Part shown: positions 19,549-28,913 of the stretch, piece by piece
Layout: each line of letters begins with the position of its first letter
Position numbering within the stretch: position 1 is the first letter of the stretch
Origin: Ectothiorhodospiraceae bacterium
GTDB lineage: Bacteria > Pseudomonadota > Gammaproteobacteria > Nitrococcales > Aquisalimonadaceae
Assembly: GCA_007125985.1 (NCBI GenBank)
Contig: SLCE01000051.1
Location: 4,991 to 68,990, forward strand
Reading direction: 5' to 3'
Length of the DNA: 64,000 nucleotides
Translations under genes and position numbers: made by a program
The notes under the pieces: model-generated
Databases searched by the model: none
Seen by the model: only the letters and a program-made list of their open reading frames with translations
Told to the model about the DNA's origin: nothing

Positions 19549-21585
19549 TTACTCTGTTTGCCCGTTATCAGCCGGTAACGCGGCACGCATAACGTCAGCA
19601 AGACGGCGAAACGCCTCGCGGCCGCCGACAGGGTCACGCTGACTGCTACACGCGAGGAGAATGCGACTGCCCCCCATTGGCTCTGGTTGGAGCAGGCACC
19701 AGGCGCGGCGATGGGGAACGTAGAACATCAGGACGATGCCGATGACCAGCAGGCCGAATCCGAGATAGACCAACGGCTTGCCGGGGCTGCGGGCAACCTC
19801 CAGCCCAGTGGACTGCCGGTGCTGGAAATCCTCCAGTTGCAGGTACAGGGGGGAGCCGTAGCGCTCCATGGCCGGCAGGGTTTCCAGGGTGTGGCGCAAG
19901 AAGCGCTCGCGGGCATCGTTGGCCTCATTCCAGATGGCGCCGGTTTGTTTGCTTGCCTGTACCTGGGCGCCTTCCACCATGCCGGCCAGAATGTCTTCAC
20001 CGAGGCCAAGCCACAGTTCACGCTGATCGCTATCCATCCCCGCCGCCTTGAAGCGTTCCTCCAATCTCCGTATCGCCTGCGTGAGGCCGTGGGACAGTAA
20101 GTCCTGCATCAGCAGTTCCCCGGTGCGGGTCAGACGGTGGCGCAGCTCTGACTCCCCGCTATCCAGGCCTTCTTCCTTCAGCAGTTCCTCCACCGATTCG
20201 CCGGCGATTGCGGCCCGGCTCTGCGCGCCGGTGAGCAGTCGGAAGACGGTGAGAAACGTGTCTGGCTGCCCGTTCGCGTCCGCCGGCATGTGAAGGTAGC
20301 GAAACGGCTCGGAGGGGCTGTTCCGCACACCACTGATAAAGAACGTATCGCCATCGATGCGTGCCGGCAGCATGAAATTCTCGTATTCGCGGCGCTCGCC
20401 GGTCGCGCTGCGCAGGCGAAAGATGAAGCTCGGACCCAGGTTGCGGTTTTCACTATCGATGCCAGGGACATTCTGGATGTTGTGCAGGGCGAAATCATCC
20501 GGCTCGAGATGGTAAGTCTCGCCATTGACGCGCAACTCCCTGGGGCTGGCCACACGCGCCTCCAGGCGCCGGCTCGAGCCACTCCCGTCCAGGGGCCAGA
20601 CCCGCAGAAACAGTGTGGAGCCACCGTCTCCGAAGGTCGACGGGTAAATGGTGTAGCCCCGGTACTGCAGGGGTTGGTTCACGGCGATGGTCGCCGTCAG
20701 TGGCTCATCGAGTTCAGGCGCATGCAGACGCACATCGCTTTCGAAGGAGCGCGGTTCGCCGGAGGGGTAATGCTCCACCCGGAATGCATCCACTTCCAGC
20801 ATGAAGGGCAGCTGGCGGACCAGATAGCCTTCACCACGGGTCATGAAAACCACACTGGCCCGTTCGCCCTCGGGGATGGTGACAATGCCACGGAACGGGC
20901 CGCTGTTCACGGAGAGTCGGCTGGACGGGTGCATGTCCTGCAGTGGCAGCATGCGGGATTCCGGCTGTATCTGTCCCGCCAGTTCCCGCAGCTTGAGTGT
21001 CAGGTTTCCGTCGATCAGTGCGCCGGCGCAGATCACGACAATGGCCAGATGCGTGAAGATATAACCCAGCCGGTTCGTCCCGCCCCGCATGGCCGCCAGC
21101 AGCACGGTTTGGCCCTTGTCCTTGCGCCGTAACCGGTAACCCTGGCTGCGCAGCACACGGCTGGCTTTGTCGGCACACTGATCCGGGGTGCCGCTGGCAT
21201 GGAACCATTCCATGTGATTGCGCAGGGCGCTTAACGAGCGCGCCTGCTGGTGGGTTCGGAACTGGCGCATTTCCCGAATCACCGCGGGGGTGTGTCGCCA
21301 GAGGCAGAACAGTACCGAGGCCACCAGAAATGCCAGCAGGCCCAGATACCATCCTGCTGAGTAGACGTGGTAGAGCCCCAGTCGGCGGAAGATCTCAAAC
21401 CACCAGGGGCCGAACTGGGCCTCGTAGTCGGTGTAGGGCTGTGCCTGGGGAATGATGGTGCCGATCACCGAGGCGATGCTGATGGCCACCAGCAGAGTGA
21501 TCGCCAGGTTCATGGAACCCAGGAAATGCAGGAAAATACCTGCTCCACTGCGCGGATGGCGACGGGTGGCGCGATGGGTACCCAT
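19549..21585 (-). CDS. ResB/Ccs1 cytochrome c biogenesis protein (system II)
   Basis: 678 aa. N-terminal TM segments (FLGSMNLAITLLVAISIASVIGTIIPQ), a large soluble domain, and a C-terminal TM segment. Confidence 0.85.
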   Translation of the reverse strand: MGTHRATRRHPRSGAGIFLHFLGSMNLAITLLVAISIASVIGTIIPQAQPYTDYEAQFGPWWFEIFRRLGLYHVYSAGWYLGLLAFLVASVLFCLWRHTPAVIREMRQFRTHQQARSLSALRNHMEWFHASGTPDQCADKASRVLRSQGYRLRRKDKGQTVLLAAMRGGTNRLGYIFTHLAIVVICAGALIDGNLTLKLRELAGQIQPESRMLPLQDMHPSSRLSVNSGPFRGIVTIPEGERASVVFMTRGEGYLVRQLPFMLEVDAFRVEHYPSGEPRSFESDVRLHAPELDEPLTATIAVNQPLQYRGYTIYPSTFGDGGSTLFLRVWPLDGSGSSRRLEARVASPRELRVNGETYHLEPDDFALHNIQNVPGIDSENRNLGPSFIFRLRSATGERREYENFMLPARIDGDTFFISGVRNSPSEPFRYLHMPADANGQPDTFLTVFRLLTGAQSRAAIAGESVEELLKEEGLDSGESELRHRLTRTGELLMQDLLSHGLTQAIRRLEERFKAAGMDSDQRELWLGLGEDILAGMVEGAQVQASKQTGAIWNEANDARERFLRHTLETLPAMERYGSPLYLQLEDFQHRQSTGLEVARSPGKPLVYLGFGLLVIGIVLMFYVPHRRAWCLLQPEPMGGSRILLACSSQRDPVGGREAFRRLADVMRAALPADNGQTE

Positions 21586-21595
21586 GGGCTAGGCG

Positions 21596-22345
21596 CTAGT
21601 GATGGTGGGCACCGTTGTCGTCCGACGGTTGCATGGTGTGTCCATGCTCATGTCCGCCGCCCGAGAGCAGGTGCATGGCGGGCGAGGCTGCGGTCCAGAG
21701 CCCGAATACCAACAGCACGCTACCGGTGATCAGACGCGCGTTACGGCTTCCCTGCCAGCGGCGGAGCGCCTGTCCGAAAACGGTCACACCGGTCATTGCC
21801 GGTAGGGTGCCCAGGCCGAATGCGAACATCACGGCAGCCCCGGACAGGGCAGAGCCGGACACCGCTGCGGCGACCAGCACCGTATACACGAGACCACAGG
21901 GCAGCCAGCCCCAAAGACCGCCCAGCGCCAGTGCCCGGCCTGGTGTGCGGACCGGCAGCAGGCGTTGCGCCAGTGGGCCGATATGCCGCCACAAACGCCC
22001 GCCCACTGCCTCGATGCGGCGCAACCCGGTCCAGTTGAACAGCAAATGGGCAGCCACAGCGATGAGGATGGCTGCCGTGAGCAGTCGCAGCACAACCGCC
22101 CAGGTGGAGATGGCGAACGTCGCGCCAATGGCCGCCACAACACCGGCAGCCACCGCACCCATGAAGGTGTAGCTGGCGAGGCGGCCCAGATTGTAGCTCA
22201 ATGCCAGTCCCAGACGGGATGCGGTGCTGCCGCCCTGCATGCCGGCGCCCAGGCTGCCTGCGATGCCGCCACACATGCCCAGGCAGTGGGGGCTGCCGGC
22301 CAGACCGATCAGCAGAGCTGCGAGCAGGGTCAGTTCAGGGTTCAT
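21596..22345 (-). CDS. DsbD_2/TauE-like integral membrane protein with His-rich tail (cbb3-locus associated)
   Basis: MNPELTLL...GSPHCLGMCGG motif, about 6 TM segments, C-terminus GGGHEHGHTMQPSDDNGAHHH. Start overlaps the ccoS 3' end by 11 nt. Confidence 0.75.
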   Translation of the reverse strand: MNPELTLLAALLIGLAGSPHCLGMCGGIAGSLGAGMQGGSTASRLGLALSYNLGRLASYTFMGAVAAGVVAAIGATFAISTWAVVLRLLTAAILIAVAAHLLFNWTGLRRIEAVGGRLWRHIGPLAQRLLPVRTPGRALALGGLWGWLPCGLVYTVLVAAAVSGSALSGAAVMFAFGLGTLPAMTGVTVFGQALRRWQGSRNARLITGSVLLVFGLWTAASPAMHLLSGGGHEHGHTMQPSDDNGAHHH

Positions 22346-22577
22346 CACGTTTCCCGTCGGCGTGGATTGCTGTTTCCGTGTCAGGCTCCGGGTCCTGAGG
22401 CGAATCGCTCTTGGCCTGTTGCTTTCGCTTGGGCTGGTCCTCGTCATCCATCAGGATGGAGTAGGCCGGTGTGTCCAGGTCGTCAAACTGCCCACTACGC
22501 ACTGCCCAGAAGAAGGCAGCCACGCCGATGGCGACCAGGATCAGGCTGATGGGGATGGAAATGAAGATGATGTTCAT
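22335..22577 (-). CDS. ccoS: cbb3 oxidase maturation protein CcoS
   Basis: MNIIFISIPISLILVAIGVAAFFWAVRSGQFDDLDTPA is typical of CcoS/FixS. ATG overlaps the ccoI stop (ATGA). Confidence 0.85.
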   Translation of the reverse strand: MNIIFISIPISLILVAIGVAAFFWAVRSGQFDDLDTPAYSILMDDEDQPKRKQQAKSDSPQDPEPDTETAIHADGKRDEP

Positions 22578-25033
22578 GCCGGCTGACCCTCCCGAACGGT
22601 GGTGGTGGGCACGGGGCAACTGAGCTGCTGTGGGCGTTTGCCGGCGAGGCGCCGGGAATTCAGCACGACCACCATCGAACTCAGCGTCATCCCCGTGGCG
22701 GCCAGCCACGGCGGAATAAAGCCCATGGCGGCCAGCGGTAGCATGGACGCATTGTAACAGGCAGACAGGGTCAGGTTCTGGCGGATGGTGCGCAGGGTGC
22801 GGCGGGCGGCTTCCAGGCCGTCGCTGAGCTGGCTCAGTTTACCGCCCAGCAGGATCATCCCGGCGCTGGTCTGTGCCAGGGCCGTGCCCTCGTTGAGGGC
22901 CGCCGATACGTTGGCTCCGGCCAGAACCGGGGCGTCGTTGATCCCGTCACCCACCATAAGCACGATGGCGCCTTCCGACTGCAGCTGCCGCAGGCGCGCC
23001 AGCTTGTCCTCTGGGCTCATGCGGGCATGCCAGGTGTCGATTCCAAGGGTGCGGGCAGCGGCCGCGACAGGCTCCTCCGCATCGCCACTGGCGATCTCCA
23101 CAGTCACCCCGCGGCCCTGCAGGGCGGTCACGGTCTGTTCCGCTTCCGGCCGCAGGCGATCCGCCAGGCGGAAGCTGGCCAGCAGGCCCTCCGCATCCCC
23201 CAACGCGATCCAGGCGCCTTGCTGTAAGTCACTGGATACCGTTGTGCCGGAGAGGTCCGCCACCCAGTCGGGCCTACCGATGCGAAGGGTTCGCCCGTTG
23301 ATCATGCCCTGTACACCGCCGCCGCGGGTGACCTCGGTGTGTTCCGCCTCAAAACGGGACGGGGCAGGGAAGGCGCTGGAGATGGGGTGTTCGGAATGGT
23401 GTTCCAGGGCCGCGGCCAAGGCCATGGCCTCAGACTCGTCCAGGCCGTTCGCGGGATGGATGTCCACCACGTTCAGTCGGCCCTCGGTCAGGGTTCCTGT
23501 CTTGTCCATCACCACATGCGTGACCTTGGCAAGCGTCTCCAGGGCATCGGCACGGGTCACCAGCAGCCCCTCGCTTGCCAGGCGGTTCGTGCCGGCCGCC
23601 AGGGCCGTGGGCATGGCCAGGGAAAGCGCGCAGGGGCAGGTGGCCACCAGCATGGCCAGCGTGATGTGGAAGGCGCGGGAAGGGTCGATCTGCCACCAGA
23701 CGGCAAATACGGTAGCTGCGGCAAGGAGCACAATGGTCACGAACCAGCGCGCCACCAGATCTGCCATCTTCGCCAGGGACGGGCGCTCGGACTGGGCGCG
23801 GCGAAGCAGTCGGCCGATATGCGAGACCGTGGTGTCCTGCCCTACGCGTTCGACCCGCATGCGGATGCTGCTTCCCAGATTCAGGCTGCCACCCACCACG
23901 GGGCTGCCAACGCCACGCGACTGGGGCTCGGATTCACCGGTGAGCATGGACTCGTCGACGCTGGTGCTTCCCTTGAGAACATGACCATCCGCCGGGACGG
24001 TGGCACCCGGCCGCACCAGGAGCTCGTCGCCCACATCCACGTCCTGCAATGGGATCTCTTCCTCGCCGTCCGGACCCAGTCGCACCGCCGTGCTGGGAAC
24101 CAGGCGGCCAAGGGCGTCCGTGGTGGCATTGGCCCGGTGACGTGCGGCCATTTCCACGTAGCGCGCTGTCAGCAGGAAGAAGGTGAACATGGACACCGAG
24201 TCGAAATAGACTTCCGGGCCACCGGCGAAGGTGATCCAGACGCTGGCGGAGTAGGCGCCGCCGATGGCGATGGCCACCGGCACATCCATGCCCGGCCTGC
24301 CGTTGCGTAGATCACGGAATGCGCCCAGGAAAATCGGAAGCCCGGCATAGAGGACCACGGGCGTGGCTACCAGCAGGCTGACACCGCGCAGGAAGTCCTC
24401 GTAGATATCGTCCATGCCATGGAACTGGCCGGAGTAGAGAGCCACGGCGAACATCATGGCCTGCATCATGCCAAGGCCGGCGACGATCAAACGGCGCAGG
24501 GCGGCGCGACGCTCCTTCACCGCCTGGGAATCAGACGCCTCCGGTAACACCGGGTGGGGTTTGTAGCCGAGCCGCCCCATGTGCGCCATCAGACTGCTCA
24601 AGGCCACCTGATCCGGGTCCCAGCGCAGGATGGCGCGGCCGGTCGCCGGATTTACCCGGATCTCCTCGACGCCGTCGGCCTCGCCCAGGCTTTTCTCGAT
24701 CAGCCAGCCGCAGGCTGCACAGTACAGGCCCTCCACCAGGATGGCTGCCTCCCGGGTGCCGTCCTGCGCCTGGTAGACAAAATCCTTTTGTACCCGCTCC
24801 TGGTCAAAGCTGGCGTAGCGCTTGGCGTTTGCCGCGGCCAGGTCTTCCGGTTGACCGGTCGGGGCAGGGCGGAACCGGTAGAAGGCATCAAGCCCGGAGC
24901 CAAGTATGGTGCTTGCCACGGCCTGGCAGCCGGTACAACAAACGGGTTCCCGTACCCCCTCAACCTCAACGGAGAGATCCAGCCCTGACGGAACCGGTTC
25001 ACCGCAGTGAAAGCAGGCCTGCTGCTGCGTCAC
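22574..25033 (-). CDS. ccoI: Copper-translocating P1B-type ATPase CcoI/FixI
   Basis: CPC in the TM region (ATCPCAL), phosphorylation motif DKTGTLT, hinge motif GDGINDAP, and N-terminal Cys-rich region (CFHCGEP, CCTGC). Confidence 0.92.
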   Translation of the reverse strand: MTQQQACFHCGEPVPSGLDLSVEVEGVREPVCCTGCQAVASTILGSGLDAFYRFRPAPTGQPEDLAAANAKRYASFDQERVQKDFVYQAQDGTREAAILVEGLYCAACGWLIEKSLGEADGVEEIRVNPATGRAILRWDPDQVALSSLMAHMGRLGYKPHPVLPEASDSQAVKERRAALRRLIVAGLGMMQAMMFAVALYSGQFHGMDDIYEDFLRGVSLLVATPVVLYAGLPIFLGAFRDLRNGRPGMDVPVAIAIGGAYSASVWITFAGGPEVYFDSVSMFTFFLLTARYVEMAARHRANATTDALGRLVPSTAVRLGPDGEEEIPLQDVDVGDELLVRPGATVPADGHVLKGSTSVDESMLTGESEPQSRGVGSPVVGGSLNLGSSIRMRVERVGQDTTVSHIGRLLRRAQSERPSLAKMADLVARWFVTIVLLAAATVFAVWWQIDPSRAFHITLAMLVATCPCALSLAMPTALAAGTNRLASEGLLVTRADALETLAKVTHVVMDKTGTLTEGRLNVVDIHPANGLDESEAMALAAALEHHSEHPISSAFPAPSRFEAEHTEVTRGGGVQGMINGRTLRIGRPDWVADLSGTTVSSDLQQGAWIALGDAEGLLASFRLADRLRPEAEQTVTALQGRGVTVEIASGDAEEPVAAAARTLGIDTWHARMSPEDKLARLRQLQSEGAIVLMVGDGINDAPVLAGANVSAALNEGTALAQTSAGMILLGGKLSQLSDGLEAARRTLRTIRQNLTLSACYNASMLPLAAMGFIPPWLAATGMTLSSMVVVLNSRRLAGKRPQQLSCPVPTTTVREGQPA

Positions 25034-25037
25034 GAAC

Positions 25038-25544
25038 TCAGCCTCCGCGCGGCACTGGCGTCAGTTGCAGCTCGTTTTCCTGGTCCTTGATTTCGGTGGC
25101 AAGCAGCCAGGAACTGTCCGCCGGCTGCAGACGGACGTAATGCCGCCCGGTGACCGGGCGTTGCGCATCGCCGCGATACAGTCCGGTGCTGTCCCGATCC
25201 AGTTCCATTTCCAGGTCCCGTTCCGCATGGGTGGGATGCGACAGGAACAGATGCAGACGTTCCGGCGGCTCATCCAGCCCGTCCAGACGGATCGTCACCA
25301 TGCCCTGGTCCCGGTCCAGCACCAGCTGACCGTCCACACCCAGGGCCACGGCGTGGTGCTCCAGTTGGTAGGTCTTATGAATCGCCCGGCCCACGGTGGA
25401 GTAGTTGTCCACCACCAGGCTGTCACCCTTGGTGACGGCGGTGTAGAGCAGGCTCAGTCCCAGCGCAATCGCCGCCAGCGGCGGAGCGATGACAAACCAG
25501 AACCAGAATTGGCGGTACCAGGGTGCAACACGTTGTTCATTCAT
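25038..25544 (-). CDS. ccoH: CcoH/FixH cbb3 oxidase assembly protein
   Basis: Single N-terminal TM segment (WYRQFWFWFVIAPPLAAIALG). Positioned between ccoG and ccoI. Confidence 0.8.
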   Translation of the reverse strand: MNEQRVAPWYRQFWFWFVIAPPLAAIALGLSLLYTAVTKGDSLVVDNYSTVGRAIHKTYQLEHHAVALGVDGQLVLDRDQGMVTIRLDGLDEPPERLHLFLSHPTHAERDLEMELDRDSTGLYRGDAQRPVTGRHYVRLQPADSSWLLATEIKDQENELQLTPVPRGG

Positions 25545-25550
25545 TGCGGA

Positions 25551-26942
25551 TCACTCATCAGGTCCGTGGAAGCGGGCCGAATTGGTCGATTGTATGTCCG
25601 GGTCGGACTGCGAGGTCAGTTGTAGCTCGATGGGGTGGCCCGGGCCGGTCGCGGCCCCTCGGGGGACCTGCACACGGGCAATGATCGTGTCGGTGCTGCC
25701 GGCGCCGACATGGATGCGCTCCGGGCGGGTGATGACACGGGCATTCGGCAGCCCGTCCACGGTCAGCACATACGAATGCGCCTGGTTATCCTTGTTCAGG
25801 ATGCGGACGGTGTAGACGTTCTCGATAGTCTCGAAGTCCACATCGCGGTACAGCACGTTACGGTCGGCCATGACCTCCATGGCCAGGGGAGTACGCTGGG
25901 TGAGGCTGTAAAGCACGCCAGCCGTGATCACCAGCAGCAGAATACCGTAGATGATGATCCGAGGGCGCAGGATACGCGAAGGCTGGCCCTCCATGGCGTT
26001 CTCGGTGGTGTACCGAATCAGGCCGCGCGGATAGTCCATCTTGTCCATCACGCCGTTGCAGGCGTCAATGCAGGCGGCACAGGCGATGCATTCGTACTGC
26101 AGGCCGTCCCGGATGTCGATGCCGGTGGGGCAGGCCTGGACGCAGAGGTTGCAGTCGATGCAATCCCCCAGGCCTTTGGCCTTGTGATCCACGTTGCGCC
26201 CTCGGCCGCCGCGCGGCTCCCCGCGTTTTTCATCATAAGAGATGATCAGCGAGTTGCGGTCGAACATGGCGCTCTGGAAGCGGGCATAGGGGCACATGTA
26301 GATGCACACCTGCTCCCGCAGAAAGCCCGCATTGCCCCAGGTGGCGAAGCCATAGAACAGCAGCCAGAATGTCTCCCAGCCGCCGAGGTTGAAAGTGGCC
26401 ACGCCCACGCTGAGTTCCCGGATTGGCGTGAAGTAGCCGACGAAGGTGAAGCCGGTATACAGCGCGAACAGCACCCATAGCACATGCTTGCTGCCACGCC
26501 GAAGCAGCTTGGTGCTGTTCCAGGGGGATTTGTCCAGCTTCAGGCGCTGCTGCCGGTTGCCCTCGGTCCAGCGTTCCATCCACAGGAACGCTTCCGTCCA
26601 AACGGTCTGGGGGCAGGCATAGCCGCACCAGAGGCGTCCCGCCAATGCGGTGAAGAAGAACAGGGACAGCGCCGCAAGGATCAGCAGCAAAGCAAGGTAG
26701 AGGAAGTCCTGCGGCCAGAAGGTCAGGCCGAAAATATGGAACTGGCGGGCCGGCAGGTCGAACAGAACGGCCTGTCGACCTTCCCATTGAACCCAGGCCA
26801 GGCCGTAGTAGATGCCGAGCAGAACGATCACCGCCAGGTTGCGCAGGGTCTGGAACGGCCCTTTCACCTCCCGGGGGTGGATCTTCTCACGGGCAACGTA
26901 CATGCCAGCGTCCACGGTGACTTCCTTCTCCTGTTTACTCAT
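25551..26942 (-). CDS. ccoG: CcoG/FixG polyferredoxin-like cbb3 assembly protein
   Basis: Two 4Fe-4S motifs (CIDCNLCVQACP, CIACAACIDAC), CGYACP, multiple TM segments. Confidence 0.9.
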   Translation of the reverse strand: MSKQEKEVTVDAGMYVAREKIHPREVKGPFQTLRNLAVIVLLGIYYGLAWVQWEGRQAVLFDLPARQFHIFGLTFWPQDFLYLALLLILAALSLFFFTALAGRLWCGYACPQTVWTEAFLWMERWTEGNRQQRLKLDKSPWNSTKLLRRGSKHVLWVLFALYTGFTFVGYFTPIRELSVGVATFNLGGWETFWLLFYGFATWGNAGFLREQVCIYMCPYARFQSAMFDRNSLIISYDEKRGEPRGGRGRNVDHKAKGLGDCIDCNLCVQACPTGIDIRDGLQYECIACAACIDACNGVMDKMDYPRGLIRYTTENAMEGQPSRILRPRIIIYGILLLVITAGVLYSLTQRTPLAMEVMADRNVLYRDVDFETIENVYTVRILNKDNQAHSYVLTVDGLPNARVITRPERIHVGAGSTDTIIARVQVPRGAATGPGHPIELQLTSQSDPDIQSTNSARFHGPDE

Positions 26943-27186
26943 TCCGGTCGCTGATGCCTCCGCTGAGCAGGTAAGTGAGGCTGCTGGACAGCAGCCCCAC
27001 GCCCCAGAACATGAAAAAACCGATCGTGTAGCCCGCCATCCGGCTGATACTCCAGTCCGGCAACGTCTGCATGCGCAGCGTCTCCGGGTCGATACTGGCG
27101 AAGAACACCACTGACGCCACGGCCGCCGCCAGAAACGACGGCCATAGCGTGCTGCCCAGGCAACGGAGGCACCAGACCTTAGTCAT
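26935..27186 (-). CDS. Small two-TM membrane protein between ccoP and ccoG (hypothetical)
   Basis: 83-aa ORF that fills the otherwise empty ccoP-ccoG gap. It overlaps each neighbour by 8 nt and has strong GC3 codon bias in this frame. Confidence 0.55.
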   Translation of the reverse strand: MTKVWCLRCLGSTLWPSFLAAAVASVVFFASIDPETLRMQTLPDWSISRMAGYTIGFFMFWGVGLLSSSLTYLLSGGISDRNE

Positions 27187-28105
27187 CGCTGGCTCCGTTC
27201 ACTTCCCGCGCCCGGGCCTCTTCCGAGAGGCTGTAGACGTAGGCGGTCAGCAGGTGTACGCGGTCTTCGCCCAGAAACTCTTCCTGCCCGGGCATGACGC
27301 CGTGGCGGCCGTCTCGGATGGTGGTGCGGATAGCCTCAAGGCTGGTGCCGTAGATCCAGTTCTCCGGGGTGTTGAGGTTTGGTGCACCCAGTGCGGTGTT
27401 GCCACTGGCATCCGCGCCATGGCAGGCCACACACTGCTGCTCAAACCGCTGCCGCCCCCGGCGGACCAGATCATCGGGTGCGTCGCGCCCGGTCAGGCTG
27501 AACACATAGGCGGACACCTCGGTGACCCCCTGTTCACCCAACGCTCCGCCCAGAGCGGGCATAACCCCGCTGCGGCCGTTGAGGATGGAAGCGTGGAGCT
27601 GTTCCGGGTCGCCGCCCCAGTTCCACTTGTTATTGGTCAGGTCGGGAAAACCCGGTCGACCGCCGCCATCCGCGCCGTGACAGACCGCACAGTTGTTGCC
27701 GAACAGGCGTCGCCCGGTCTGCATGGCTTCGTCGTTCTCCGCCAGTTCCGCCACCGGGATCTGGGCATACTCGGCGAACAACGGGGCCACGCGTTCCTCT
27801 GTGGCTTCGACTTCCTCTTCCCAGGCGCTGTACTGGGACCAGCCCAGCAGGCCCGGGTAGCTGCCGAAACTCGGATACAGCACCAGGTAGATCAGACCGA
27901 ACACGATGGTGATGTAGAACAGCCACAGCCACCAGCGCGGCATCGGGTTGTTCAACTCGGTCAGGCCGTCCCACTCATGCCCGGTGGTCTCGTGAGCCGC
28001 ACCCTCGCCAGGGCGTTTCTTGGCCGTCCAGCGGATGAGCCAGACGCAGGCCAGAATGTTGGCCACTGCAATGATGCCGATGTACCAGTTCCATGCGCTA
28101 CTCAT
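27179..28105 (-). CDS. ccoP: cbb3 oxidase diheme cytochrome c subunit CcoP
   Basis: Two CxxCH motifs (CAVCHG, CVACHG) and an N-terminal TM segment. ATG overlaps the ccoQ stop. Confidence 0.92.
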   Translation of the reverse strand: MSSAWNWYIGIIAVANILACVWLIRWTAKKRPGEGAAHETTGHEWDGLTELNNPMPRWWLWLFYITIVFGLIYLVLYPSFGSYPGLLGWSQYSAWEEEVEATEERVAPLFAEYAQIPVAELAENDEAMQTGRRLFGNNCAVCHGADGGGRPGFPDLTNNKWNWGGDPEQLHASILNGRSGVMPALGGALGEQGVTEVSAYVFSLTGRDAPDDLVRRGRQRFEQQCVACHGADASGNTALGAPNLNTPENWIYGTSLEAIRTTIRDGRHGVMPGQEEFLGEDRVHLLTAYVYSLSEEARAREVNGASDD

Positions 28106-28281
28106 GACCTGCCCTCGTGCTTGTTCTGTTCTTCATTGCCGTCCTTGTTCTCTTCCAGCGGCAACTGCGCGGCTTCGTCGAAATCCTTCTTGCGCCTGCC
28201 GCTGAATGCCCAGACCACGATGCCGAGGAACAGGATCAGCAGGACCAGCGTCAAAAGGCCGCGAACCGTATTGATGTCCAT
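28102..28281 (-). CDS. ccoQ: cbb3 oxidase subunit CcoQ
   Basis: 59-aa single-TM protein (MDINTVRGLLTLVLLILFLGIVVWAF) between ccoO and ccoP. The longer ORF in the track overlaps ccoO and was trimmed. Confidence 0.75.
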   Translation of the reverse strand: MDINTVRGLLTLVLLILFLGIVVWAFSGRRKKDFDEAAQLPLEENKDGNEEQNKHEGRS

Positions 28282-28297
28282 ACGTACCCCCGGAGTG

Positions 28298-28909
28298 CTA
28301 GCGGTTGTGCTGGACGGCGGTGCCCAGCCCCTGCAGATAGGCGATGATGGCGTCCATCTCGGTCTTGCCCTCCAGATCTGACGGTGCGTTCTGGATCTGT
28401 TCATCCGTGTAGGGCACGCCCAACCAGCGCTGTTGCGCGCGCATGGCGCGGGCGACTCGCTCACCGTTCACTTCACGATCCGCGAGCCAGGGATAGGCCG
28501 GCATGTTGGACTCGGGCACCACATCACGCGGGTTCATCATGTGGACGTAATGCCAGAGATCGCTGTACCGACCGCCCACGCGGGCCAGGTCCGGGCCGGT
28601 ACGCTTGGAGCCCCACTGGAACGGGCGGTCGTAAACGAACTCACCCGCCAGCGAATAGTGCCCGTAGCGCTCCGTCTCCGCCCGGAAGGGGCGGATCATC
28701 TGGGAGTGGCAGCTGTAACAGCCTTCGCGCACGTAGATGTCACGCCCGGCAAATTCCAACGGGGCATAGGGCTCCACGCCTTCATGCGGTTGCGTGGTCT
28801 CAGTGGCGAACAGTAGCGGCACGATCTGCACCAGGCCCGCCACGCTGATCACGGCGATGATCAGTACCGCCATCAGGCCAACGTTTTTCTCGACGACTTC
28901 ATGACTCAT
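28298..28909 (-). CDS. ccoO: cbb3 oxidase monoheme subunit CcoO
   Basis: CYSCH heme motif and an N-terminal TM anchor. 203 aa. Confidence 0.93.
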   Translation of the reverse strand: MSHEVVEKNVGLMAVLIIAVISVAGLVQIVPLLFATETTQPHEGVEPYAPLEFAGRDIYVREGCYSCHSQMIRPFRAETERYGHYSLAGEFVYDRPFQWGSKRTGPDLARVGGRYSDLWHYVHMMNPRDVVPESNMPAYPWLADREVNGERVARAMRAQQRWLGVPYTDEQIQNAPSDLEGKTEMDAIIAYLQGLGTAVQHNR

Positions 28910-28913
28910 GTTC

